From IMG/VR virus record IMGVR_UViG_3300033121_002345: a DNA stretch of 62,838 nucleotides, one strand, 5' to 3'. Under the pieces are notes generated by a model. It had not been told where the DNA came from. It worked only from the letters and a program-made list of their open reading frames with translations, and did not search any database. Below, piece by piece: positions 29,839 through 38,293 of the stretch. The position numbers were made by a program, and so were the translations under genes. Origin of the DNA: an uncultured virus (IMG/VR IMGVR_UViG_3300033121_002345). Its lineage: Duplodnaviria; Heunggongvirae; Uroviricota; Caudoviricetes. The number at the start of each line of letters is the position of its first letter. Positions within the stretch are counted from its first letter, which is position 1.

Positions 29839-30144
29839 TCAGCGAGAGGGAGGCGTGAGAAGAGCTTCGGTGCGCTTCAAAAGCGTGTCCCACTCCTGGC
29901 CCGAGGTCTTCTTGGCACGGGCGTGAGCAAGCAGGTCACCGAGTAGAGTCATGTGCTCATGAGGCGTGACCAGGAGCTGGACGAGGGTCATCTCGTCGAG
30001 GGGCCCGGTCGAGGGGACGTAGTCCTTCAGGATGTCCATTTCGAGGAGCAGAACGTCCCCTGCGTAGTAGGAGAGCCGTGTGTGCTTCTCGTCCTGCTCC
30101 TTCCGGGTGAAGTAGACGAGTGGAGTGCGGACTTCTTGCGTCAT
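29839..30144 (-). CDS. Hypothetical protein
   Basis: 101 aa ORF abutting primase. Confidence 0.6.
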   Translation of the reverse strand: MTQEVRTPLVYFTRKEQDEKHTRLSYYAGDVLLLEMDILKDYVPSTGPLDEMTLVQLLVTPHEHMTLLGDLLAHARAKKTSGQEWDTLLKRTEALLTPPSR

Positions 30145-30164
30145 ACCCTGCAGTTTACAGGGTC

Positions 30165-31088
30165 TTAGCCGCCGTCACCCTGGCCAGGAACCGGGGTCCC
30201 AGTGGTACCCAGAACCCGAGGACCACGATCGACGGTCGGGGTGGACGTGGAAGAGCCACCAGTAACCGCCAGCTCCGAGATGAGCGCATCGAACTCCTCG
30301 TCCTCGGTCGGAGGCGGCGGAACGAAGGCCGAGCGCCACGAAGCGATGAGCTGCTGAGAGTTCCAAAACGGAGGCTCAGTGCTGCGAATCTTGAAGGTCG
30401 CGCTCCAAGAGAGGTTCGCCGGGTTTTGGGCGTCCTCGGTGAATTGCAGGCCATCGGGGTTGAAGAACCCACGCATGAAGATCTCGGGGTAGACCAAGCT
30501 GTGGTAGGCGATGAAGACGAAGTTCGGACGCCCATCGCTCAAGATCTTCGGCTGGTTGAGGATCTCGAAGAAGTCGTAGAAGTCCAGCAGGCCGCCCGGA
30601 AGGCTTACAACCTCAGGGAAGCTCGTCGGAGCTGCCGTGGTGTTAGCCGACGGGTTTCCGGAGACGATTCGAGCCGGCATGATGTTGCCAGCCTGAAAGG
30701 TGAAGGTGACGCTCGGCTCGTCGAAGAAAGTCTGACGAGAAGCGTTTCTCCACGTGTGGTAAACAGTGCCAGACCGCGTCTGCTGCTGGGCAGCACGCAT
30801 CGGAAACGTCCACTGTGTGTTGGACGGGCCAGACCAGAAGACCAAGAAGCGGTCCTGAGCCGCAAGATTCTCGGTGGTGATGATCATGGGGGTACCGTTG
30901 TATCGGTAGGGGCCACGAGAATCCCCAAATCCCGTCTGAACAGACCCGTACGTCTCGGGAGAGCGCGACGACAAGGCCGCGATTACACGTTCTTCGTTGC
31001 GAACGAATTCCCGGATGATGTCGAATGAGGTACCAAGTACCTCTGTTGACTCTGCACCACTGGTTGAGTCTGTTGTCGAGCCCGGCAT
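30165..31088 (-). CDS. Putative tail tube initiator/baseplate-like virion protein
   Basis: GPSNTQW...QQTRSG...W, MRGFF...FTEDAQNP...WSATF resembles tube-initiator folds. Confidence 0.45.
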   Translation of the reverse strand: MPGSTTDSTSGAESTEVLGTSFDIIREFVRNEERVIAALSSRSPETYGSVQTGFGDSRGPYRYNGTPMIITTENLAAQDRFLVFWSGPSNTQWTFPMRAAQQQTRSGTVYHTWRNASRQTFFDEPSVTFTFQAGNIMPARIVSGNPSANTTAAPTSFPEVVSLPGGLLDFYDFFEILNQPKILSDGRPNFVFIAYHSLVYPEIFMRGFFNPDGLQFTEDAQNPANLSWSATFKIRSTEPPFWNSQQLIASWRSAFVPPPPTEDEEFDALISELAVTGGSSTSTPTVDRGPRVLGTTGTPVPGQGDGG

Positions 31089-31092
31089 CCAG

Positions 31093-31545
31093 TTATCCTT
31101 CGTAGAGGTGCAGGTAGTCTACAGCGTTCAGCAGCCACCTACGAGATTCCTCGTAACCATAAGCCGTTACGCGCTTCTCTATTAGGCCCAACGTGGAATT
31201 GCAGGAGGCGCACAAGAGCCCTCGGGGCTTTCCGGTGGCGTGGTTATGGTCTACGCATAGGTGGCGGCGCAGAGTGCGTAGCTCTTCCTCTTCGGTTTTG
31301 CCGCAGATACAGCAACGTTGGGCGTCTCGAAGCTGAATCGACTCGAATTCCTCTGATGTGAGCCTCGCTCCTTGCCGCCTGAGGTTCGTCACTCGGGCGC
31401 TGGGACTCCTGTGAACGGCTGACTGGCAGTCCAAGCAACGACCATTGTAGACCTGACCTTTTCTGGGTCCGGACTTTCTCAGGTAGAACTGGTCTCTTGG
31501 CTTGACCCGACCACACCGAGTGCACTTCTTTTCTTGTCGAAGCAT
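31093..31545 (-). CDS. Endonuclease VII-family (HNH-like) endonuclease
   Basis: CTRC...CLDC, CCICG, LCVDHNHATGKPRGLLCASCNSTLG. Confidence 0.9.
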   Translation of the reverse strand: MLRQEKKCTRCGRVKPRDQFYLRKSGPRKGQVYNGRCLDCQSAVHRSPSARVTNLRRQGARLTSEEFESIQLRDAQRCCICGKTEEEELRTLRRHLCVDHNHATGKPRGLLCASCNSTLGLIEKRVTAYGYEESRRWLLNAVDYLHLYEG

Positions 31546-31552
31546 GAAACAG

Positions 31553-31588
31553 GAAAGGGGTAAGTGCGACGAGGCACTTACCCCTTTC
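31553..31588 (-). terminator. Strong hairpin/terminator directly upstream of endonuclease VII gene
   Basis: 15-bp perfect stem GAAAGGGGTAAGTGC / GCACTTACCCCTTTC, 6-nt loop. Confidence 0.75.
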
Positions 31589-31607
31589 TACTTCCTCAGA
31601 TCAGAGG

Positions 31608-32318
31608 TCAATCCTCTTCGACGTCCGAGTCTTCGAGGGGACGACCCTCCAGCTCGGCGAAGCGCTCCTTGGCGTACTTCTGCACGATGCCGTGGGTGTT
31701 GTCGATGATGTACGCGAGGTCGTCCTTCGACAGATCCATCGACATCAGCTCGCCCTTCACCTGACGGGACTTCATGTCCTTATTGATGAGGGACTCGACG
31801 AGTGTCTGGACGCGAAGCTGAACGTCGGGGTAGTCGGTCTCAGCAGCCTCGTCCTCGATGTTCTCGGGGTCGAAGGGCTTCTCCTGGCCATTGGGGAGGA
31901 GAAGAGCATCAGACGGAGCCGTGGCGATCTCGTCGCCCTCGTCGTCCTTGGTTCCGCGAAGCTTCCGAACTGCAGCGGAGCCTGCTCCGATGCGGTCGTA
32001 AGCGTCCTGAAGAGCCTGACGAACGCCGTCCCGCGACAGTTCCTTCTCGGCTTGGTCCTTAGGAACCAGCGAGAGGATGTTACGGTCCAGGAGCGTACGC
32101 AGGTCGCGCGAATTCCGAATCATGGCCGGAGTAGCCTTTGCCGAAAGGCAAATCGGATACTTCGTGTTGGGAATTGCCTCACGGTGGGTACGAACGCCGT
32201 CGTTCAGCGTGACAACGACGATACCCCGCTTCGCTGCGGAGTTGCGGACGTAGATGGGCTCCTTGTTGTCAAGGAGGTCGTCCAGGTAGACGAATGCGCT
32301 TGTTTCAAGACCAGTCAT
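31608..32318 (-). CDS. Hypothetical protein
   Basis: 236 aa ORF with strong codon bias, followed by hairpin. Confidence 0.7.
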   Translation of the reverse strand: MTGLETSAFVYLDDLLDNKEPIYVRNSAAKRGIVVVTLNDGVRTHREAIPNTKYPICLSAKATPAMIRNSRDLRTLLDRNILSLVPKDQAEKELSRDGVRQALQDAYDRIGAGSAAVRKLRGTKDDEGDEIATAPSDALLLPNGQEKPFDPENIEDEAAETDYPDVQLRVQTLVESLINKDMKSRQVKGELMSMDLSKDDLAYIIDNTHGIVQKYAKERFAELEGRPLEDSDVEED

Positions 32319-32488
32319 GCGGACCTCTTCTTAGGCTCATTGTTTTGGGTTTCAGTCTGCTCAGTAGCTCCCGAAGGAGCTTGGGGCTGGAGTTCCCCGG
32401 TCGAGGCCCGACGCCTCTTGAGTTTGTCTTCCAGGCTTTCAGCGGTTTCGTTTGCTGGGACCACGTCGCCGTATCGTACGGTAGCCAT
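32315..32488 (-). CDS. Small hypothetical protein (57 aa), not in ORF track
   Basis: MATVRYGDVVPANETAESLEDKLKRRR...; its TGA overlaps the next ATG (ATGA). Confidence 0.55.
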   Translation of the reverse strand: MATVRYGDVVPANETAESLEDKLKRRRASTGELQPQAPSGATEQTETQNNEPKKRSA

Positions 32489-32498
32489 TCTTGCACCT

Positions 32499-33482
32499 TT
32501 ACAGGGTTGGGGGCATTACGCCATCATTAGCAAAGAGGGCGGCAGGCCAGACTTTTCTGGCCGTCTGCCTTGTCCGCTGCCATCGGCCGTTGGTTTCCGA
32601 GAAGTGCCAACGGCCGTACTTCTTCCGACCCAGTAGACGAAGTAGGATTCGGGCAAATTGGTCCGGGTTGGACACGGGGTCCGCCTGGGAAAGGGCCTGC
32701 GAAAGGATTTGGTAAGCGATGGAGGGGCCATTCACAGAATGGCTCCAGAAGACAGCCAACGCGAGATCGTAAGCCTGCGTAGGGGATTTGAAGTCAGCAA
32801 GGTGGCCGTTGTAAAGCCACTGTTCAATCGTCTTTGAGACGCCAGCAACCTCGATCTTCTTGTTGCGTGCTGCGTTCTCGAAGTGCTCCGCCCCGAACTC
32901 GACCTGAGCCTTAAAAGACTCTGGGTGGGCGAAGACCTTCTGGAAATCGAGAGCCCACGACTTTGACTGCTCCCAGGCCGCACCAGAAGCAGGGACGGTA
33001 CCCTGGTTCGGGGTGAAGGTCTCACGAATTTCAAAGCCGTAGACCAAGTCTCCAGCCTTCACGTTCTTCGTCTGGGAACGGACCTGAGTCTTACCGTCAG
33101 CCAAGTAGCGAAGAGATCCATCTCGGTTCAGGACCCACCCCCGCTCGCGGAAGCGGTTCAGCAAATTCTGCAGCTCCGGGAACTCTGCAAAGCTCTGCAG
33201 CAGTCGGAGAAGCTGAAAGAAGCTGCCTTGGTCGTCCCTGGCGTTGAAATCTTCGTCCGCAAGCTCCCGAGGGTAGACTGCAATCGCCTGATGAAGGCCT
33301 GCAGTCACTGCGGTGCCATCATACATCGTGATGGCACCGAAGCGACCTCCAGACTCAACCATGGATGTTAGCCAAAGCACCCTCTCCCAGTGGCCGGCGT
33401 TATCCGGCAAGAGGAATTCTTGGGTGCCCGTAATCCTGGGGCCTGCATAGGAGTTGAAAACTACCCGTGAAACAGTCGGCAT
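32499..33482 (-). CDS. Candidate lysozyme-like peptidoglycan hydrolase
   Basis: VESGGRFGAITMYDG...AGLHQ resembles the catalytic-Glu motif of lysozyme-superfamily enzymes. Confidence 0.45.
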   Translation of the reverse strand: MPTVSRVVFNSYAGPRITGTQEFLLPDNAGHWERVLWLTSMVESGGRFGAITMYDGTAVTAGLHQAIAVYPRELADEDFNARDDQGSFFQLLRLLQSFAEFPELQNLLNRFRERGWVLNRDGSLRYLADGKTQVRSQTKNVKAGDLVYGFEIRETFTPNQGTVPASGAAWEQSKSWALDFQKVFAHPESFKAQVEFGAEHFENAARNKKIEVAGVSKTIEQWLYNGHLADFKSPTQAYDLALAVFWSHSVNGPSIAYQILSQALSQADPVSNPDQFARILLRLLGRKKYGRWHFSETNGRWQRTRQTARKVWPAALFANDGVMPPTL

Positions 33483-33496
33483 AAGGCTCCTGAAGG

Positions 33497-34012
33497 TCAG
33501 CGACGGTTCTTCTTGCGACGCTTGCCACCCTCATCAGACATGGATTCCTCGGTCGCAGGGGCCTCTTCCGTCGAAGAAGACTCCATCGAAGTCTCCTCTG
33601 CTGCCGGAGCTGCCACTTCGGGCTCCTCGGCGGCAGGCTCTTCCGCTGCAGGGGCTTCTTCAGCCGCCGTTTCAACGGCAGGCTCTTCCGCTGCAGGGAC
33701 TTCTTCGGCTTCCACGGGCTCTGTCGGCTCCATCAAAGCCGGCTCAGGCTCCGGGGCGGCTACGGGCTCAACCACAGCCTCTGCGACTGGCGCTGCCATC
33801 GGCATCGGGGCTGCTTCTACGGCCGGCTTGGGGGCCGGTGGGGGCGCCGCAGGATTTGACCCTGGGTGCTGCTTCAGAGAAATTCCGTAGCGGGCAAGTT
33901 CCTTGGCCGTGATCGGGTCCAGGTTCGCGCTGAAGTTGGCGTAGGGCTTTACGCGAACTCCACGAACGAACACCAGGCTTCCGTTCCGGTTCTTGATGTC
34001 GTACTTGTGCAT
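33497..34012 (-). CDS. Hypothetical protein with Glu/Ala/Pro low-complexity tail
   Basis: PAAEE repeats, AGGAG RBS. Confidence 0.7.
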   Translation of the reverse strand: MHKYDIKNRNGSLVFVRGVRVKPYANFSANLDPITAKELARYGISLKQHPGSNPAAPPPAPKPAVEAAPMPMAAPVAEAVVEPVAAPEPEPALMEPTEPVEAEEVPAAEEPAVETAAEEAPAAEEPAAEEPEVAAPAAEETSMESSSTEEAPATEESMSDEGGKRRKKNRR

Positions 34013-34033
34013 CTCGTTCTCCTGATGGGGCGA

Positions 34034-34408
34034 TTACTTGGCCGCCCATCCAGTTTTGGTACCGTTGCCGGATTCCTTGACCCACAGAGTGGTGTTTGCA
34101 CCACCATCAGTGCGAACGTAGAGGTCTCCGACACTTCCAACAACTGCGTTGTTGGGAGCCCCGACGCCACGAAGAACCTTCGCTCCGCCGAGTACGGGCT
34201 CAGCCTGATTGTCAGCCGCTGATCCAGACGGGTTCACGGAGAAGGTAATCTGGCTAGCCGCCTCAAGACGTACAAGTACGTCTGTTGCCAGCTCCAATTC
34301 GTTGGCGGTCAGCTCGACCACCCTCGTCTGGTTGGGCTGGAGGATGCCAACGAAGCTGTCAACCGGCAGGCGGCTGGCGGTTCGGTTGGTAACGATGAGA
34401 GTGGGCAT
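34034..34408 (-). CDS. Small virion protein
   Basis: GAP...GSVGDLYVRTDGG...LWVKESG motif common in fibre/decoration proteins. Confidence 0.55.
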   Translation of the reverse strand: MPTLIVTNRTASRLPVDSFVGILQPNQTRVVELTANELELATDVLVRLEAASQITFSVNPSGSAADNQAEPVLGGAKVLRGVGAPNNAVVGSVGDLYVRTDGGANTTLWVKESGNGTKTGWAAK

Positions 34409-34466
34409 ACCCTATAGATAACCAAAGATGCCCGGGGACTAATCCACAATCGTCCAGTAGCGTCGG

Positions 34467-35603
34467 TCACACCAGGCCAAGACGGCTGAACAGCGGAAGG
34501 ATTTGGTCCTGCCCACCATTCACGGTCTGGACGCGAGCGACCAGGCTCTGAAGTCCGAAATCGTACGGACGCGTGGCGATCGAACCCACACTGACCTTGC
34601 GCAGCATGTTTCGCTTCGTCTGCTGAAGCTGAGCGTCGAGGTACTCCTTCAGACGGCCCATGGCATCGGCGTAGTAGCCTGTGCGGTCCACGTCCAACGT
34701 AACGGTCTGACCACTGAATTGGAAGGCCAGCTCTGCCTCGCTGAGGTACTGGGCATTCAGTCCCCACCAAGCGGCGGCAAGAAGCAGGAAGTTCGTCATG
34801 CCGTAGGTGGTCGGCCAGTTCGTCAACGTCCAGCCCGTGATCGGGTTCACGGCGTTCACGTACTCGGCGCCGCGGACGAGATACTCGTAGAGGTCTGAGT
34901 CCGAGTATGACTGCACGTGGCCAATCTTCTTCTGGACCTTGTCGATGAGCATCCGAAGAGACGGCTGCGTCCACCAGAACATCATGTCTGGAACGCGGAT
35001 CTGTTGTACCATCGTGGTGGCTTGTGAGAGCACCGTCTGGCGACTCGTCCAAACAACCAGGTAGCATCCAGCCATCGTGAGCGCTGGCGTGTCGACGTAA
35101 TACGTGTAGAACCCGTCCGACTGAACAGTCTGAATCCCCGGGGTCATATTCAAGGCGTTGTTGCCTCGATCGATGAGCTGAACCTGGATGGACTCCTGTT
35201 CGTTCTTGAACTTGATGACCGCACGCTCGGAATTACCAAGGTACGTCAGATTTGTGTAGGCGCGCTCCTCTGGAGTGGCTTCGATGTTGTCGATGACGAT
35301 GAAGTTCGACTGGCGAGAGATCTGACGCCCGCCGTTGGTGACCAACAACCAGTCGATACGCCACGGGTTGTCAGGGCCCATCAACTCCAGATCGGCAGGA
35401 ACGAACCACGTGAAGCGCCAACGACCCGCGCCTGCGTTGAGGGCGACTCCAGATTGCAAAACTTCCTCGGTCGGAGAGACAATCGAGACCGAAGGATATG
35501 CGATTGGGTCGAGTGGAACGATAGGAGTTCCGTCGGACTCGACGAAGAGCTGCTCGAAAACTACGGGTGTTCCGCGAACAACCTTTTGAGGGGAAATAGC
35601 CAT
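34467..35603 (-). CDS. Putative head-tail adaptor/neck protein
   Basis: Ig-like N-terminus plus helical adaptor-like C-terminus (YSDSDL, FSGQTVTLD). Confidence 0.5.
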   Translation of the reverse strand: MAISPQKVVRGTPVVFEQLFVESDGTPIVPLDPIAYPSVSIVSPTEEVLQSGVALNAGAGRWRFTWFVPADLELMGPDNPWRIDWLLVTNGGRQISRQSNFIVIDNIEATPEERAYTNLTYLGNSERAVIKFKNEQESIQVQLIDRGNNALNMTPGIQTVQSDGFYTYYVDTPALTMAGCYLVVWTSRQTVLSQATTMVQQIRVPDMMFWWTQPSLRMLIDKVQKKIGHVQSYSDSDLYEYLVRGAEYVNAVNPITGWTLTNWPTTYGMTNFLLLAAAWWGLNAQYLSEAELAFQFSGQTVTLDVDRTGYYADAMGRLKEYLDAQLQQTKRNMLRKVSVGSIATRPYDFGLQSLVARVQTVNGGQDQILPLFSRLGLV

Positions 35604-35695
35604 AGTCAGGAGGGCCCCTGGTCTTATCTGGGAAGAGCTTTCGAGGCCAAATAACTCGGCGTAGACACCGGGCTATCTCCAGGCGGAAGAAACAG

Positions 35696-36826
35696 ATGAG
35701 CGCAAAGGGATACAGGCCGGTAGACAACGACAGGGTGACGGCAAATACCGACATCCTCGGGGATTTGCCGCAGCGTCACGCCCGTGAAGACCTGATCCCC
35801 ATCATCGCCCGCAAGAGCCAGAACGCCTCGAACGTCACTCCCATCTACTTCGAGTACTTCCAGCGAATCAAGACTGGACGGCGTTGCTCCTGCTTCGAGA
35901 TCGAGACCGAACCAGCGGGCATCTGTCCCGTGTGCTACGGCCAGGGCATCGTCGGCGGCTTCAACAAGAGAGGCACCAAGACCGAAGTCTTCGATGTCAC
36001 GTATCCGAACGCCGCATGTGCGAACACGACCCCGGACTACAACAAGCCTACGCGACCGGTCTACTGGTCGCTCGTGAAGTCCGCCGTCTTCGGAACGATT
36101 GACTTCGAGATGGAACTCAAGCGGAACCTGGGCATCGTCGATCTCCTGGAGATCAAGGATTACGCGCCTGAGGGAACGTCCATCGCCTACTACGTTAGGT
36201 CCCCGTCAGAGACAGACTTCACCGTCCTGACAGAGGACGCTCTTCGAGTCCGACTCGGTCAGCGAAAGCTGCACTTCCGAATCGAGATGAAGAGAGCTTC
36301 ACCTAAAGCTGCACTTCCGAAACTAATCGCAATTCGCTTTGCGTACCGTCTAATCCTTCACACTGAACTGAGAGTGGATATTCCTAGAGTCCGCGAGAGT
36401 CTAACTCTCGAAGACCTTGGTATCTATCAGAGCTTCACTGACCAAACCTTCTGGTTGGACAACACACTGAAGAATGTCTCCAACGAAGACTGGATGTACA
36501 ACACTCTCGACGGAACTCGCTGGAAAATCAAGGAAGCCTCAGACAACAAGCCCTCGGGAATTCTCACGTCGTGGGACCTTACGGCACGCCTAGTGATGGT
36601 CAGTGAAGGGTTCTACCAAGTACCACTCGGCAAGACCGTCGACAAGAAGCTTCCAGAGTTCGTCAAGTCTATCCAAACGGATCAAGAGGAGGAAGAGTTC
36701 TTCCTCAAGAGCCACGAGAATCACCTTAGGACGCCTGGCAACAGAGCCGAGACGACGAGGTCAGATGGCCCGCACGTTACACCTCCCAAGCAGGCTGATG
36801 TTAGCAAGCCAAAGCGCGAGGTGTGA
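35696..36826 (+). CDS. Putative neck/head-completion protein with Zn finger
   Basis: RCSC...CPVCYGQG..GG motif typical of large myovirus neck proteins. Confidence 0.55.
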   Translation: MSAKGYRPVDNDRVTANTDILGDLPQRHAREDLIPIIARKSQNASNVTPIYFEYFQRIKTGRRCSCFEIETEPAGICPVCYGQGIVGGFNKRGTKTEVFDVTYPNAACANTTPDYNKPTRPVYWSLVKSAVFGTIDFEMELKRNLGIVDLLEIKDYAPEGTSIAYYVRSPSETDFTVLTEDALRVRLGQRKLHFRIEMKRASPKAALPKLIAIRFAYRLILHTELRVDIPRVRESLTLEDLGIYQSFTDQTFWLDNTLKNVSNEDWMYNTLDGTRWKIKEASDNKPSGILTSWDLTARLVMVSEGFYQVPLGKTVDKKLPEFVKSIQTDQEEEEFFLKSHENHLRTPGNRAETTRSDGPHVTPPKQADVSKPKREV

Positions 36827-37035
36827 AGGTGAAGCTCACAAACGTTCAGAGGTACATGGAGTTACGGTCTGAACTCAAGAAGGCTCGCACAGCAGAATCC
36901 GAGATACTCGATAAGATGGATCTTCTGTGGCAAGCTATGACTTTAGAGGAACGGGCAGAAATCAGGAAACTCAATCCTAGTTGGCCGCCCCCTGCGGTAG
37001 GAAAGAAGAACGAGGACGACAATGGCAACGATTGA
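36823..37035 (+). CDS. Hypothetical protein
   Basis: 70 aa, GTGA overlap. Confidence 0.55.
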   Translation: MKVKLTNVQRYMELRSELKKARTAESEILDKMDLLWQAMTLEERAEIRKLNPSWPPPAVGKKNEDDNGND

Positions 37036-37420
37036 CATCCAGAGATGCGATCCAACTGGTATTCCCCCGGACGACAATCCGGCGACGAATGTACCGCTGA
37101 CGGTCAACGACCGAGCCATCATCGTTCTCGGAACGAAGATGTTCGGTGCGTCCGACATCGGCTTCATCAGCCGTGGCGATCAATCGCGCAGAATCGGGTA
37201 CAGGTCGAATGGTCACTTCGGCAGCACCAATCGTACTATGCCCTCGCACGGCAACACGATCATCGTAGGCTTCGACATCGTCTCAGTTCCTGGGCAGACT
37301 ATCAAGGACTTGGACCAGTTCGTCAAAGAGGCAATGGCCGATCTCATTTACCGCAAGTACCTGATCGTTCAGGAACATGGCGGAGCACGTCTTACCCCAG
37401 ACCAGATGAGGAACTATTGA
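37022..37420 (+). CDS. Hypothetical protein
   Basis: 132 aa, GAGG RBS. Confidence 0.6.
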   Translation: MATIDIQRCDPTGIPPDDNPATNVPLTVNDRAIIVLGTKMFGASDIGFISRGDQSRRIGYRSNGHFGSTNRTMPSHGNTIIVGFDIVSVPGQTIKDLDQFVKEAMADLIYRKYLIVQEHGGARLTPDQMRNY

Positions 37421-37436
37421 TGAACGGGGTAGAGGA

Positions 37437-37853
37437 GTGGAAATTGAACTTCGACAGCACCAAGACGGCTCTTACACCCTTGAAGTGCGACAGGGCACTT
37501 CCAAGAGTGAGATTGACGTCACCCACGTAATCCACGAGATCTTCCTTGACAAGCTCAAGGAGCTGCAGGCTCGTGTGCGCATGGAAGAGAAATACCGCAA
37601 CTGGGTCGTCGAGTCTGCTCAAACCAGCAAGTCAGCGATTTCCACAGCTTACTCTAGGTACTCCGCAATCGTAGAGCGGATTCGACAGACTAATAGTGCA
37701 ATCACAATGGCAGTCGACACATGGCGACAGAAGAAAGACTTGAAGGCATCGATGACGAAACTGGCGGAGCTGGAAGCCCAGAACCGACACTTCGTCGAGA
37801 ACGATCAGACTCTCCAACTACTGGAGAAGCTGAGCCAGCCCAAAAAGGACTGA
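37437..37853 (+). CDS. Hypothetical coiled-coil protein
   Basis: 138 aa ORF in operon. Confidence 0.6.
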   Translation: MEIELRQHQDGSYTLEVRQGTSKSEIDVTHVIHEIFLDKLKELQARVRMEEKYRNWVVESAQTSKSAISTAYSRYSAIVERIRQTNSAITMAVDTWRQKKDLKASMTKLAELEAQNRHFVENDQTLQLLEKLSQPKKD

Positions 37854-38293
37854 GCATTCTCTCCATGGACCCAGGCAAGACCAACTTTGCCTGGGTCTTC
37901 TGGAAAGGAAGCGTGAAGGAATACGGCTGGCTGACAACGATGCGGGACGTCAACAATGACGCCGAATTCATCAACGGCTACATCGAACTGTTAGCCAGGC
38001 TGAACCCGGATTACATCGTTCTCGAACGATTCATGGTCCGGAACAGAGGCCAGTCCATCCACGCCGAGAGCATCAACCAAATGATCGGACGCGTGGCGAT
38101 CTTGAGCCGAACCTACGCAGGACGCGACATCATCCAGCTTACTGCTGCCCAGTGGAAGAACTGGTGGAACAAGCAGAAGAAGCTGAACTGGGAAGAGGTC
38201 TACTCTGCCCTTGAGAGCGTCCACCAGCGCGACGCAGCGGGGATCGCACACTACACGGATGAAGTGTGGATCCCCAAGCACTGCCTGCGCTGA
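37850..38293 (+). CDS. ruvC: RuvC-like Holliday junction resolvase
   Basis: ILSMDPG, IVLERF, AAQWK, HQRDA; start either CTG 37850 or ATG 37721. Confidence 0.75.
   Translation: MSILSMDPGKTNFAWVFWKGSVKEYGWLTTMRDVNNDAEFINGYIELLARLNPDYIVLERFMVRNRGQSIHAESINQMIGRVAILSRTYAGRDIIQLTAAQWKNWWNKQKKLNWEEVYSALESVHQRDAAGIAHYTDEVWIPKHCLR

Noticed and set aside
33560..33720. Short tandem repeats as a nucleic-acid array
   Set aside because: They are in-frame PAAEE coding repeats
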